Positions 10,260 through 19,309 of a stretch of DNA of 64,000 bases are shown here, piece after piece. The stretch spans positions 64,001 through 128,000 of the forward strand of contig JAKFBS010000004.1 of NCBI GenBank assembly GCA_036677065.1. Direction: 5' to 3'. This stretch comes from Bdellovibrio sp. GTDB taxonomy: Bacteria; Bdellovibrionota; Bdellovibrionia; Bdellovibrionales; Bdellovibrionaceae. The notes under the pieces are model-generated. The model was given only the letters and a program-made list of their open reading frames with translations. It was not told the origin of the DNA and did not search any database. Position 1 is the stretch's first letter. Each line of letters opens with the position of its first letter. The translations under genes were made by a program, and so were the position numbers.

Positions 10260-11189
10260 ATGCAAAACCGTACTTTGAATTTGTTTATTACAATATGTTC
10301 GTTATTCGTCGCTTCAACGAGCTTAGCTTTTGATTTAACTCAAAACTTTCGTGGTTTTGTTTCGATCAATACAAAAGACCTTTATGTGGATTACAAAGCC
10401 CCCCAGGGTGACAAAGAAACTGTCATTTTATTAAATGGCCTTACTTATACAACTGTTCAATGGGATCAGTTAACCGCTGAACTTTCTAAAAAGGGTTTAG
10501 GCGTATTACGTTATGACATGGACGGCATGGGTAAAACTCTTTTACGTCACGGCGTAAAATTCGAACCTTATGCTTACACCGACCAGGTTGAAGATCTTTA
10601 TTTATTACTTAAAAAAATTGAACTACCAGCTCCATATAATATTGCCGGTTTATCTTATGGTGGTGGTATTGCCGCGGCATTTTCATATAGATATGCAAGC
10701 ACTGTTAAAAACGCGATCCTAATGGCGCCTTATACTGAAGCTTTAGAGCAGCAAGATAACTATATTAAATTTCAAGTGGCAGTTGCTCGCTTGTATTTTC
10801 CGTTTAACCCAGCAACAAACGATCAGATTTACGATTATTACTTACGTCAAATCTGTTATACAACTTACCCACTGGTTGAGCCGATCGTTTTAGAAAATCC
10901 TTTAAAATTAGAAGCTGTTTTCAGAATGACTCAGGGTATTCGCAAGTTTAGAGCAGTCGAAGAAGCTGATCGATTCCCTGCAAAAACTGTTCATTTAGTT
11001 ATAGCCGAAAATGACGAATATATTCCTCGTGAAGTGCTAACTAAGTTTTGGGATAAAGTGCCTGAGGCAGCAAAAGCCAGTTTCACGATTTTAAAAGATT
11101 CAAAACATAAAATTCCAGAAAGCAAACCGGTTGATGCTTCAAATATTATCGAAGCAATCATTAACGGTGAATATCAAGGCACACACTAA
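10260..11189 (+). CDS. Secreted alpha/beta hydrolase
   Basis: Signal peptide, LLNGL, YDMDGMGKT, GLSYGG nucleophile elbow, and C-terminal D and H. Confidence 0.8.
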   Translation: MQNRTLNLFITICSLFVASTSLAFDLTQNFRGFVSINTKDLYVDYKAPQGDKETVILLNGLTYTTVQWDQLTAELSKKGLGVLRYDMDGMGKTLLRHGVKFEPYAYTDQVEDLYLLLKKIELPAPYNIAGLSYGGGIAAAFSYRYASTVKNAILMAPYTEALEQQDNYIKFQVAVARLYFPFNPATNDQIYDYYLRQICYTTYPLVEPIVLENPLKLEAVFRMTQGIRKFRAVEEADRFPAKTVHLVIAENDEYIPREVLTKFWDKVPEAAKASFTILKDSKHKIPESKPVDASNIIEAIINGEYQGTH

Positions 11190-11203
11190 CGCAAGGAAAT
11201 CTG

Positions 11204-12013
11204 ATGGCGCAATTTACGACATCGCAGAATTATAAAATCAATTACGAAACTTTTGAAAATTTAGTTCCTCAGACCACATTTTTTATTCATGGAAATCTAG
11301 CCTCTAACCGTTGGTGGATGCCGACGGTTGAAACTTTAAAAAAACAAAATAATCCAGCACACCAAGGCCAGTTGATTAGTGCTGAATTCAGAGGCTGTGG
11401 CCACAGTGAAGCTCCTAAAAAAGATTCTGATGTTACAATAGAAGCCTTTGCTTCTGATTTTATTGATCTTATTCGTTCGCTAACGCTTTCTGGTCCTATT
11501 CACCTGGTAGGTCATTCGACCGGTGGTCTAATTGCGGCCATGATGCTGGCAAAAGCGCCAGAGCTTTTTAGCAAAGCTTTTTTGCTGGATCCAGTAGGTG
11601 CAGAAGGCGTTAAATTTAATACGGATATGATTCAAGCTTTTGAAGCGATGAAGGTTGATAAAAATCTAACGGCAGTGGTTATTGGTTCAACGATTTATAA
11701 CAATGACCCTACGTCACCATTCTTTAATGAAATCATCGTTGAAGATGCCTTTACAGGCGTTAAAGCCGTAGGCCACTTAGTGCTTCAAGCTTTAGACGGA
11801 TTAGATGTTCGTGAATCTTTAAAGAACATTCAACATCCTGTTAGAGTGGTTCACGGTGAATTCGATAACTTATTATCTAAAGAAGAATCTGAAAAACTAG
11901 CTCAGCTTTTGCCAAAGGGTGAATTTCAGGTTTTACCGGGCTGTGGACACTGCGCTAACATTGAAAATCCGAGCCTGTTTGTTAATACATTCTCGAATTT
12001 TCTGTATTCTTAG
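11204..12013 (+). CDS. Alpha/beta hydrolase
   Basis: IHGN, RGCGHS, GHSTGG, HGEFD, GCGH. Confidence 0.85.
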   Translation: MAQFTTSQNYKINYETFENLVPQTTFFIHGNLASNRWWMPTVETLKKQNNPAHQGQLISAEFRGCGHSEAPKKDSDVTIEAFASDFIDLIRSLTLSGPIHLVGHSTGGLIAAMMLAKAPELFSKAFLLDPVGAEGVKFNTDMIQAFEAMKVDKNLTAVVIGSTIYNNDPTSPFFNEIIVEDAFTGVKAVGHLVLQALDGLDVRESLKNIQHPVRVVHGEFDNLLSKEESEKLAQLLPKGEFQVLPGCGHCANIENPSLFVNTFSNFLYS

Positions 12014-12960
12014 TAACTTTCAGAAATAGATTTTAATATTTGTAAGTACGCCTCTGGCGCATCTGAGGGGATGGTGTGTCCGGCATTTGGTAATGTAACT
12101 GAAGAGTTTTTTCTTTCCGTAGATTTGTGGTAAATACCAACTGCTTCTTGTTGTAGGCTTAATCGATTTTCTAATTCATCCTGGCCTAAGATAAAAAATC
12201 TGACTGTATTTTCATTGAACTTTTGTTTTCGAAAATCAAAGCCATGGGCTGCATATGATAACTCTGTGTAAGCTGAAGCCAACAACGACTTTACAGGTGC
12301 AGTTTCAGGATACGATTCTACAATCGAATCCAGTTTGGAATTCCAGTATTGGGTATAAGTGCTTTTGATAAAGTACGATGAGAAAAACGGGCCCAAAAAC
12401 GGATTCAAATTAAAGAATGATGTCCAGTATTCAGTTACAGCGCTACCTTCAGGATCTGACTCATCAAAACGAATCATAGGTGCTGTTTCGATAATTAACG
12501 GGTACTTGCCTGTTTTAGCCAGTTCAGAGCTAACAGTAGAGCTGTATGAAAGACTTACGATAATTGGTTTATAAATATTCAACCCAGTAATTAACGCATC
12601 AACCTCACCCGCTAAAGTTGCAGACGAAGAAGACTGAATTTTATAAGCAGGTGTTTCGTTAGCAGGAATTTTTAATAAAGATTCAGGGTGTAAACTGAAG
12701 TGTAAAGACACAAAGTTAAGTTTCATTTTACGTGCTAAACGAATCACTTCGTCTCTAGAATCAAGACCGCGGTTGATTCCTGGAAGTAAAATCAATGTGG
12801 CCTTTTCTTGATTAACGATATGGCTTTCATAAGCTACATACTGGCCATTTTTAACTTTAAAAGATTTAAGTTTTACGGCTTCAATGTCAGCATGAACAAG
12901 AACTGAGGCAAAAGTAAAAACAGACAAAATTAGGCTAGAAATAAATGATTTGGTTTGCAT
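12010..12960 (-). CDS. Secreted alpha/beta-hydrolase-fold protein
   Basis: Likely start MQTKS (12960); signal peptide, LLPGIN, SLSYSS elbow, GQDE, AGH. Confidence 0.6.
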   Translation of the reverse strand: MQTKSFISSLILSVFTFASVLVHADIEAVKLKSFKVKNGQYVAYESHIVNQEKATLILLPGINRGLDSRDEVIRLARKMKLNFVSLHFSLHPESLLKIPANETPAYKIQSSSSATLAGEVDALITGLNIYKPIIVSLSYSSTVSSELAKTGKYPLIIETAPMIRFDESDPEGSAVTEYWTSFFNLNPFLGPFFSSYFIKSTYTQYWNSKLDSIVESYPETAPVKSLLASAYTELSYAAHGFDFRKQKFNENTVRFFILGQDELENRLSLQQEAVGIYHKSTERKNSSVTLPNAGHTIPSDAPEAYLQILKSISESY

Positions 12961-13096
12961 GTCGGGACCATAACACATTTTTACTTTAACACCAGCGGGC
13001 TTATAAAAAATACTATCTTTGGCGTATTAACAGAGCTGAGGGTGTAAAAATAAAAAAGGGGTGTAATAACTCTCCATTTTTTTATAGGATTTAGTG

Positions 13097-13645
13097 ATGT
13101 ATCGAATTCATATTTTAGGCGCATCTGGTTCTGGGGTATCTACATTAGGAGAGAGTGTTGGGCATCGACTTGGTGTTCCGGTATTTGATTGTGATACGTA
13201 TTATTGGGAAAAGACTGATCCGCCATTCTTGAAAGCGACACCTATTCCAGGTCGACAAAAAGCTCTGTTTACTGACATGGAACCACATGTTTCGTGGGTT
13301 TGTTCAGGTTCTATGGACTCGTGGAGTGAACCGTTTGAGAGTCTATTTACGCACATAGTATTTTTGTATGTTCCCGGTGAAATTCGAGTAAGTCGGCTTC
13401 GTGAACGTGAAAAAAAACTTTGGGGTGATCGAATACTTGGGGGCGGAGACATGTGTATTGAACACGAAAAATTTATGTCTTGGGCTGGGCAGTATGATGA
13501 AGGTTTGAAAAATGGACGAAGTTTTCCGAGGCATAAAGCTTGGCTTGCGAAACAGCGTGCACCGATCCTTCTCATTGAGGGAGAATTAAGTTTAGAAGTG
13601 GCTCTTAATCGAGTTCTAGATTTTGTCTCTCAAGCCGGAAGTTGA
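13097..13645 (+). CDS. P-loop nucleotide kinase (adenylate kinase/FlaR-related)
   Basis: RIHILGASGSGVSTLG, D.DTYYW, WVCSGS, RLRERE, F.SWAGQYD. Confidence 0.75.
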   Translation: MYRIHILGASGSGVSTLGESVGHRLGVPVFDCDTYYWEKTDPPFLKATPIPGRQKALFTDMEPHVSWVCSGSMDSWSEPFESLFTHIVFLYVPGEIRVSRLREREKKLWGDRILGGGDMCIEHEKFMSWAGQYDEGLKNGRSFPRHKAWLAKQRAPILLIEGELSLEVALNRVLDFVSQAGS

Positions 13646-13664
13646 CCATCGTCAGTGTGCAGCG
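13629..13664 (+). repeat. Degenerate copy (31/36) of the 36-bp repeat at 50206/50888
   Basis: CTCAAGCCGGAAGTTGACCATCGTCAGTGTGCAGCG versus CTTAAGCCGGAAGTTGACCGTCGTCAGAGTGCGTCG; overlaps the kinase stop codon. Confidence 0.9.
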
Positions 13665-13673
13665 AGAAAATGA

Positions 13674-14091
13674 CTAATCATGAGCAAGTACTTTCATTTT
13701 TTTGTAGATGTCGTTGTCTTTGATTTCTAACCAGTTTTCTGGATTTTTAGTTACTTCGAAGCCGAACTTTTTATAAAGTTCGTGAGCATCTTTTGTGGCT
13801 AGGCAAATACGTCGCATGTTTTTTAAAGCAGGATGGGTCATCAAACAGCTCATCAGCCATTTTGACAGACCAATTCCGCGCATATCTTTTTCGATATACA
13901 CATCACAAATCCAAGCAAAGCCTGTGTAGTCAGTGACGATTCTGAGCTTTACTGACGAGATCTTCAGGGATATCTGCACACCAGTAAGATTCTTTAGAGA
14001 GGAAATTATGGATTTTAGAAATTTGTAAAAATGATTTATCCGTACTGATTAGGAAATTGTCTTTTTCCCAAATTTGAATTTCTGTTTTCAT
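13674..14091 (-). pseudogene. GNAT acetyltransferase pseudogene (internal deletion with frameshift)
   Basis: ATG at 14091 gives MKTEIQIWEKDNFLISTDKS...ESYWCADIPEDLVSKA and then a premature stop. RIVTDYTGFAWICDVYIE...RGIGLSKWLM...LATKDAHELY continues in another frame. Confidence 0.8.
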
Positions 14092-14183
14092 GTTTTGAGT
14101 CTACAATAATAAACAAATAGTTTTTATCTGTTCCTTTTATGATTTGCTGTGACAAGAATTATTTCTATGTCATACTTCAGCCT

Positions 14184-14765
14184 ATGAAAAAAAAGATTCT
14201 GATTCTACAAGGCCATCCAGACAAACAAAGTTTTAACCACGCTCTACATACCGCTTATAAACAGGGGGCATTGAAGGCAGGTGCTCAGGTTGAAGAGATT
14301 TTTGTTGGAGATTTAGATTTTAAATTAAACTTACAATATGGTTATCGCCAGCGCACTGAACTTGAACCCTGTCTGATAGAAGCTCAGAAAAAAATTACCT
14401 GGGCTGATCATATCGTCGTAATTTATCCAGTATGGTGGGGAGCTGTTCCTGCAGTTTTAAAAGGTTTTTTTGATCGCGTGATGCTGCCTGGTTTTGCTTT
14501 TCAGAAAAGAGAGAACTCTGTGTGGTGGGACAAACTATTAACGGGAAAAACGGGTCGCATTATTTCAACAATGGACCAGCCGCCTTGGTATTACTTTTTA
14601 GTTTATGGTTCGCCGACGGATCGTGCCGTGAAAAAACTTACTTTAGAATTTTGTGGTGTAAAGCCTGTGAAGATAACTTCGATTGGACCAGTTCGTCTTT
14701 CAAAAGAAGAGTTTCGAAAAAACTGGCTGAAGAAAGTTGAAGCGATAGGATTAGCGCAAAAATAA
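14184..14765 (+). CDS. NAD(P)H-dependent oxidoreductase, flavodoxin-like fold (MdaB/KefF-like)
   Basis: ILQGHP...SFN and WADHIVVIYPVWWGAVPAVLKGFFDRV; likely start MKKKIL. Confidence 0.85.
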   Translation: MKKKILILQGHPDKQSFNHALHTAYKQGALKAGAQVEEIFVGDLDFKLNLQYGYRQRTELEPCLIEAQKKITWADHIVVIYPVWWGAVPAVLKGFFDRVMLPGFAFQKRENSVWWDKLLTGKTGRIISTMDQPPWYYFLVYGSPTDRAVKKLTLEFCGVKPVKITSIGPVRLSKEEFRKNWLKKVEAIGLAQK

Positions 14766-14773
14766 TTTGGATG

Positions 14774-14805
14774 AAAAAAAGGAGAGTGAAAACTCTCCTT
14801 TTTTT
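14774..14805. terminator. Bidirectional intrinsic terminator
   Basis: A7-GGAGAGT-GAAA-ACTCTCC-T7 between convergent genes. Confidence 0.9.
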
Positions 14806-14843
14806 ATGACTAGCTGTGACCAGAAACAGGGCCTGGCACCCGA

Positions 14844-15725
14844 TTAGCTTGCTTGTAATTTAGCGATACGTTGGGCTAATGGAGGATGCGTTCTTAGCAG
14901 ATCGATGAATTTTGCTTTACGATCTGAAATTTGGAACGTAGCAAGTGGTTGCTCTTCAGGAATAGGTGCTGTTTCGTTTTGTAAACGTTGAAGCGCTCTG
15001 ATCATTTTATCTTTACCACCAAGGCGGGCTCCGCCAGCATCGGCACGGAATTCACGGTGACGTGAAAACGCAGTAACGACAAACATACCTAAAATATTAA
15101 ACACGATATCTAAAATTAAAGTCGCTACCCAGCGAACTGTGTGTGCGCTTTTTTCTTCAACTTGCGTTGAAAGTAAATGACCGATCACGCGCGCTAAGAA
15201 CATGCCGAACGCATTCACTACACCTTGCACAAGTGTCATGGTGACCATGTCACCGTTGGCAACGTGGGCGATTTCGTGGGCGATAACGCCTTCGACTTCG
15301 TCTTTGTTCATTTTATTCATTAAGCCTGTTGATACAGCGACTAAAGAATTTGAACGACTTGGGCCTGTGGCAAAAGCATTCATTTCTGGGCTGTCGAAGA
15401 TTCCGACTTCAGGCATTTTAGATAATTCGGCATTTCTGGCCAAACGGTAAACCGTTTGAATAAGCCACTGCGCTTCAGGTTCACGCGCATCTGCGGGAAT
15501 AATTTTTACTCCCATCATTCTTTTTGCCATGAATTTCGACAACAATAGAGAAATAAAAGCACCACCAAAACCCCAAACTAAACAGAATGCAGCAAGCGAG
15601 GCGTAATTAATGCCATAAGCTTGTAAGTAGGGCTGAACGCCTAAAACATTAAGAATAATGTTAATGGTGATCATGATTAGGAGGTTAGTAATAATTAACA
15701 TCCCGTAACGCTTTAAAAAGTTCAT
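14844..15725 (-). CDS. htpX: Membrane zinc metalloprotease HtpX (M48)
   Basis: NAFATG, GVIAHEIAHVANGDMVTMTL, FSRHREFRADAG, THPPL. Confidence 0.95.
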   Translation of the reverse strand: MNFLKRYGMLIITNLLIMITINIILNVLGVQPYLQAYGINYASLAAFCLVWGFGGAFISLLLSKFMAKRMMGVKIIPADAREPEAQWLIQTVYRLARNAELSKMPEVGIFDSPEMNAFATGPSRSNSLVAVSTGLMNKMNKDEVEGVIAHEIAHVANGDMVTMTLVQGVVNAFGMFLARVIGHLLSTQVEEKSAHTVRWVATLILDIVFNILGMFVVTAFSRHREFRADAGGARLGGKDKMIRALQRLQNETAPIPEEQPLATFQISDRKAKFIDLLRTHPPLAQRIAKLQAS

Positions 15726-15934
15726 CTGGTTCTCCTGCGTGTATTAAACACGACTTAAATACTTACCATAAAGGTGAGTTGTTATAGTTTAGAGTCAAGT
15801 TGGGGAATGCGCAAATGCAAACGAACTGAGCAAGCGGGTGCATTACATTGGGATGGTTCCAATCTGGCGCTGGACCGCTCTAATACGCTTTTATTTGTGG
15901 TAACTGCCTAGGGTATTTGTTATATTTTTTTCGC

Positions 15935-17035
15935 ATGAAAAAAACGTCAGTTTCATCTTCGAAAAAGTCTGCATCAGCAAACAAAGCTTTGCTGGTGAAA
16001 AATAAACCCGTTGAAAAATCTAAGCAGCCCGCAAAAATTAATTTTGGCGGGTTAAGCAAAGAAATTTTATTAACGATGCATTCGCACATGGTGAAAACTC
16101 GCGTGCTTGAAGAGCGTTTAATTAAAATCTATCGCGCCGGAGAATCATTTTTCTGGATCGGTGGGCCCGGTGAAGAAGCATGGGGAGTTCCATTGGGAAT
16201 GTTGGCTAAAAAAGGCCAAGGCCCTGAATATGATTATTTACATTTACACTATCGCTGTTCGCCGACGCTGATCGCGATGGGATTAGAGATGGTTGATTCG
16301 ATTCGTTTAATGATGAATCGTGTGACTGATCCTAATACTGGCGGAAGAAACTTTTCGAATCACTTTGCTATTTCGAAATGGAATATTGCACCCGTGACTT
16401 CGCCGTTAGAAGTGCAATACCCAATCGCTTGCGGAACTGCTCATGTGCAAAAACGTACGGGTAAAAAAGCTATCACGATCGTAACTGGTGGTGATGCGGG
16501 AACTGCAGAAGGTGACTTTGCATCAAGCTTGATTTTAGCTTCACGCAAAGGCCAAGAGCTTCCGATGTTAATCACGGTACAAAATAACAAATGGGGAATT
16601 TCGACTTGCTACGATGGTCAACATGGCGAAAATTTTATCGCTGATCGCGCGCGTGCATTTAATATTAAAGCACAAGTGATCAACGGCAATGACCCCGTTG
16701 AAGTTTACTTAACGGTAAAAGAAGATATGGAATACATTCGTAAAACAGGTAAGCCTGCCTTTATCGAAGCGATGGTTTCACGTTTATACGGCCATTCATC
16801 TGCATCGGGTGCAAATCCAATTCAGAACGAAGTTGATCCGGTAAAAGATTTCGAGAAAAAATTATTACAAGCTGGGCTTTTAAAAGAATCTGAAGTTAAA
16901 GAACTTTGGGCTAACTTTGAAGCTGAAGGCGTGCGCGCGACTGAAATCGCACGTTCTGAAGGTGTTCCGTCTGCAGATAGCATCTGGGAAAACACTTACG
17001 TGAATAGTGAAAATGCAGATTGGAGAAAATTCTAA
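15935..17035 (+). CDS. 2-oxoacid (probably branched-chain) dehydrogenase E1 alpha subunit
   Basis: TPP motif GDAG...QNNKWGIS and RLYGHSS; likely start MKKTS. Confidence 0.85.
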   Translation: MKKTSVSSSKKSASANKALLVKNKPVEKSKQPAKINFGGLSKEILLTMHSHMVKTRVLEERLIKIYRAGESFFWIGGPGEEAWGVPLGMLAKKGQGPEYDYLHLHYRCSPTLIAMGLEMVDSIRLMMNRVTDPNTGGRNFSNHFAISKWNIAPVTSPLEVQYPIACGTAHVQKRTGKKAITIVTGGDAGTAEGDFASSLILASRKGQELPMLITVQNNKWGISTCYDGQHGENFIADRARAFNIKAQVINGNDPVEVYLTVKEDMEYIRKTGKPAFIEAMVSRLYGHSSASGANPIQNEVDPVKDFEKKLLQAGLLKESEVKELWANFEAEGVRATEIARSEGVPSADSIWENTYVNSENADWRKF

Positions 17036-18090
17036 TGGCAAATATGGCTCAAGCTATTCGATTAGCTCTTCATTACGCTGAAAATAATTACGATTTAAAA
17101 GATGTCTTCGGACAAGACGTGGGTGCTCCGCTAGGCGGCGTTTTCACGGCCACTCAAGGTGTTAAATGCGCTTGGAATTCTCCGTTAGATGAGCGTGGAA
17201 TTATCGGCATGGCGATGGGTATTGCTATGACTGGTGATCGCTGTGTCGCTGAAATTCAATTCGTAGATTATATTTTTAATACCATCGATTTATTAAAAAT
17301 TGCCGGCAACACTTTGTGGTGCACGAACGGTCAGTTTAACTTACCAATGACTGTAATGAGTCCGGTAGGCGCAGGTATTCGTGGATCTGTGTACCATTCG
17401 CATTCATTCGATGCTTGGGCTTCGCGCTTAGCTGGATGGAAAGTGGTGATGCCTTCTAATCCGTTAGATGCTTATGGTTTATTATTATCATGTATTTTGG
17501 ATCCGAACCCGACGATGTTCTTAAAGCCTAAAGCTTTAATGCGTGTTCGTGGTGAAGAATTAATTCCTGGTGAACCGTCGGATGAAAAAGAATTAAAAAA
17601 TATGATCGATGCTCCAATCGGTGATCGTTCAACTTGGAAAGCCAACTGGCCTAAAATTCAAGAATATCTTGTTCCTTTCGGCGTGGGTAAAATCACTCGC
17701 ACCGGATCGCAAATCACTGTGGTTTCTTACGGTCGTCATTTATTACTTTGTAATGAAGTGGCTGATCAGTTAGCTGCTGAAGGTTTTTCAGTTGAAGTGA
17801 TCGATCTACGTTCGATTTACCCGTATGACTGGCAGATGATTAAATCTTCAGTGCAAAAAACCGGTCGTGTATTATTCGTCAATGAAGACACTGAAGTTAC
17901 AAACTTCGGCGAACATCTTTCGTACCGTGTAACTCAAGAATTATTTTATGAATTACAAGCTCGTCCTCGCGTAATTGCAGGAAAGCATGTTCCAGGAATT
18001 GGTTTGCATCCGAATCTTGAAGATGCCAGCGTTCCACAAAAACATGAAATCGCGGAAGCAATTCGCGAAATTTGCGGCGAAGTCCCGTAG
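17035..18090 (+). CDS. 2-oxoacid dehydrogenase E1 beta subunit
   Basis: FGQDVG..GGVF, PLDERGIIG, AEIQFVDY, YHSHS, VIDLRS; TAATG stop/start overlap with the alpha gene. Confidence 0.88.
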   Translation: MANMAQAIRLALHYAENNYDLKDVFGQDVGAPLGGVFTATQGVKCAWNSPLDERGIIGMAMGIAMTGDRCVAEIQFVDYIFNTIDLLKIAGNTLWCTNGQFNLPMTVMSPVGAGIRGSVYHSHSFDAWASRLAGWKVVMPSNPLDAYGLLLSCILDPNPTMFLKPKALMRVRGEELIPGEPSDEKELKNMIDAPIGDRSTWKANWPKIQEYLVPFGVGKITRTGSQITVVSYGRHLLLCNEVADQLAAEGFSVEVIDLRSIYPYDWQMIKSSVQKTGRVLFVNEDTEVTNFGEHLSYRVTQELFYELQARPRVIAGKHVPGIGLHPNLEDASVPQKHEIAEAIREICGEVP

Positions 18091-18104
18091 AAAGTTATAG
18101 ATAT

Positions 18105-18935
18105 ATGGCAAGGGCGACAACTGTGAAAAAACCTCGTGTACGTAAATTACCATTCGATAAGTATGATCTTTATTTAAATGCCGTGCAGTCTCCGGATGGA
18201 GATGTTCAGTTTTACCGCGAGCGCTACAAAGAATTTTTTGGTGCCCCGAAAAAGGGTATGACTTTGCGTGAAGACTTTTGTGCAGGCGGTGCGATTAGCT
18301 GTGAATGGGTTAAACTTCACAAAGATAACACTTCATGTGGTTTAGATCTTGATGACGAGCCAATGAATTACGGTCGTCAAAATTATATTTCAAAACTTAC
18401 ACCCGAGCAGCAAAAGCGTGTTGTCCTTATTAATAAAAATGTATTACACCCAGGGCTTCCAAAGGCTGATATCGCGGCCGCGACAAATTTTTCGTATTAT
18501 ATTTTCAGAGACCGTAAAACCTTAACGGCTTATTTTAAAAACGTTTATTCTTCGATTCAGAAAAAAGGTTTATTTATCGTTGATATGTTTGGTGGTACGG
18601 CTTGTACCGATGCTTCTCAGGATCGTATTCCAATTAGAAGCGGATTTACTTATTACTGGGAGCAAAAAGATTTCGATCCGGTAACTAATTATGCAAATTT
18701 TGGAATTCATTTTCGCTATAAAGGGAAACTGTATAAAAATGTTTTCACTTATGAATGGCGTATGTGGACCATTGCTGAAATCAGAGAAATGATGATTGAA
18801 GCAGGTTTTGACGATGCTGTTGTGTACTGGGAAGGCTCTAAGCGTGATGGTTCTGGAAATGGTATTTTCACGCGTGTAACAGAAGGCGAAGCTTGTTTAA
18901 GCTGGATTGCTTACGTTATCGGGGTTAAAAAATAA
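18105..18935 (+). CDS. Class I SAM-dependent methyltransferase-like protein
   Basis: LY..AVQSP, LREDFCAGG, GLDLD, NFSY, YYWEQ, WRMWTIAE. Confidence 0.7.
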   Translation: MARATTVKKPRVRKLPFDKYDLYLNAVQSPDGDVQFYRERYKEFFGAPKKGMTLREDFCAGGAISCEWVKLHKDNTSCGLDLDDEPMNYGRQNYISKLTPEQQKRVVLINKNVLHPGLPKADIAAATNFSYYIFRDRKTLTAYFKNVYSSIQKKGLFIVDMFGGTACTDASQDRIPIRSGFTYYWEQKDFDPVTNYANFGIHFRYKGKLYKNVFTYEWRMWTIAEIREMMIEAGFDDAVVYWEGSKRDGSGNGIFTRVTEGEACLSWIAYVIGVKK

Positions 18936-19309
18936 TGAAACAAACTCTAAGAATTAATTCTTATGAAGTTTGGATGAGTTTGGGGGTCACTAAAGACGAA
19001 CAAACAAATCTTCAGCCCGTGCATTTTGATATTACTTTGCAATTTGATAAACCGGTAAAAGGTTCAGCGAGCGATAATTTAGATGATGCGATTAACTATG
19101 TTGATCTTGCTTATCATATAAAAAAAGTCGCAACGACTAGGCCATTTAATTTGATTGAGAACGTTTGTTTTATTACTCATCAGCATTTGACTGAGTATTT
19201 AAAAACTCATGGCTTTACCGGCGAATTAACCACTGAAGCTACGAAAGTACGTGTTCCGGTGGTCTCATTGCTTGGTGGAGTCAAATTTACATGTCAAAGT
19301 ACAGTGTAG
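18935..19309 (+). CDS. folB: Dihydroneopterin aldolase
   Basis: LGVTKDEQ...QPV, SDNLDDAINY, FNLIE; immediately upstream of folKP. Confidence 0.85.
   Translation: MKQTLRINSYEVWMSLGVTKDEQTNLQPVHFDITLQFDKPVKGSASDNLDDAINYVDLAYHIKKVATTRPFNLIENVCFITHQHLTEYLKTHGFTGELTTEATKVRVPVVSLLGGVKFTCQSTV

Noticed and set aside
13097..13145. Walker A lacking Lys (GASGSGVST) as evidence of a dead kinase
   Set aside because: Val or Thr at this position is, to my knowledge, common in this kinase subfamily, so it is not evidence of decay.
15828..15880. Hairpin between htpX and E1 alpha as a riboswitch
   Set aside because: An imperfect stem is present, but I see no TPP or other riboswitch consensus, and it lies upstream of the inferred E1 alpha -10 box.
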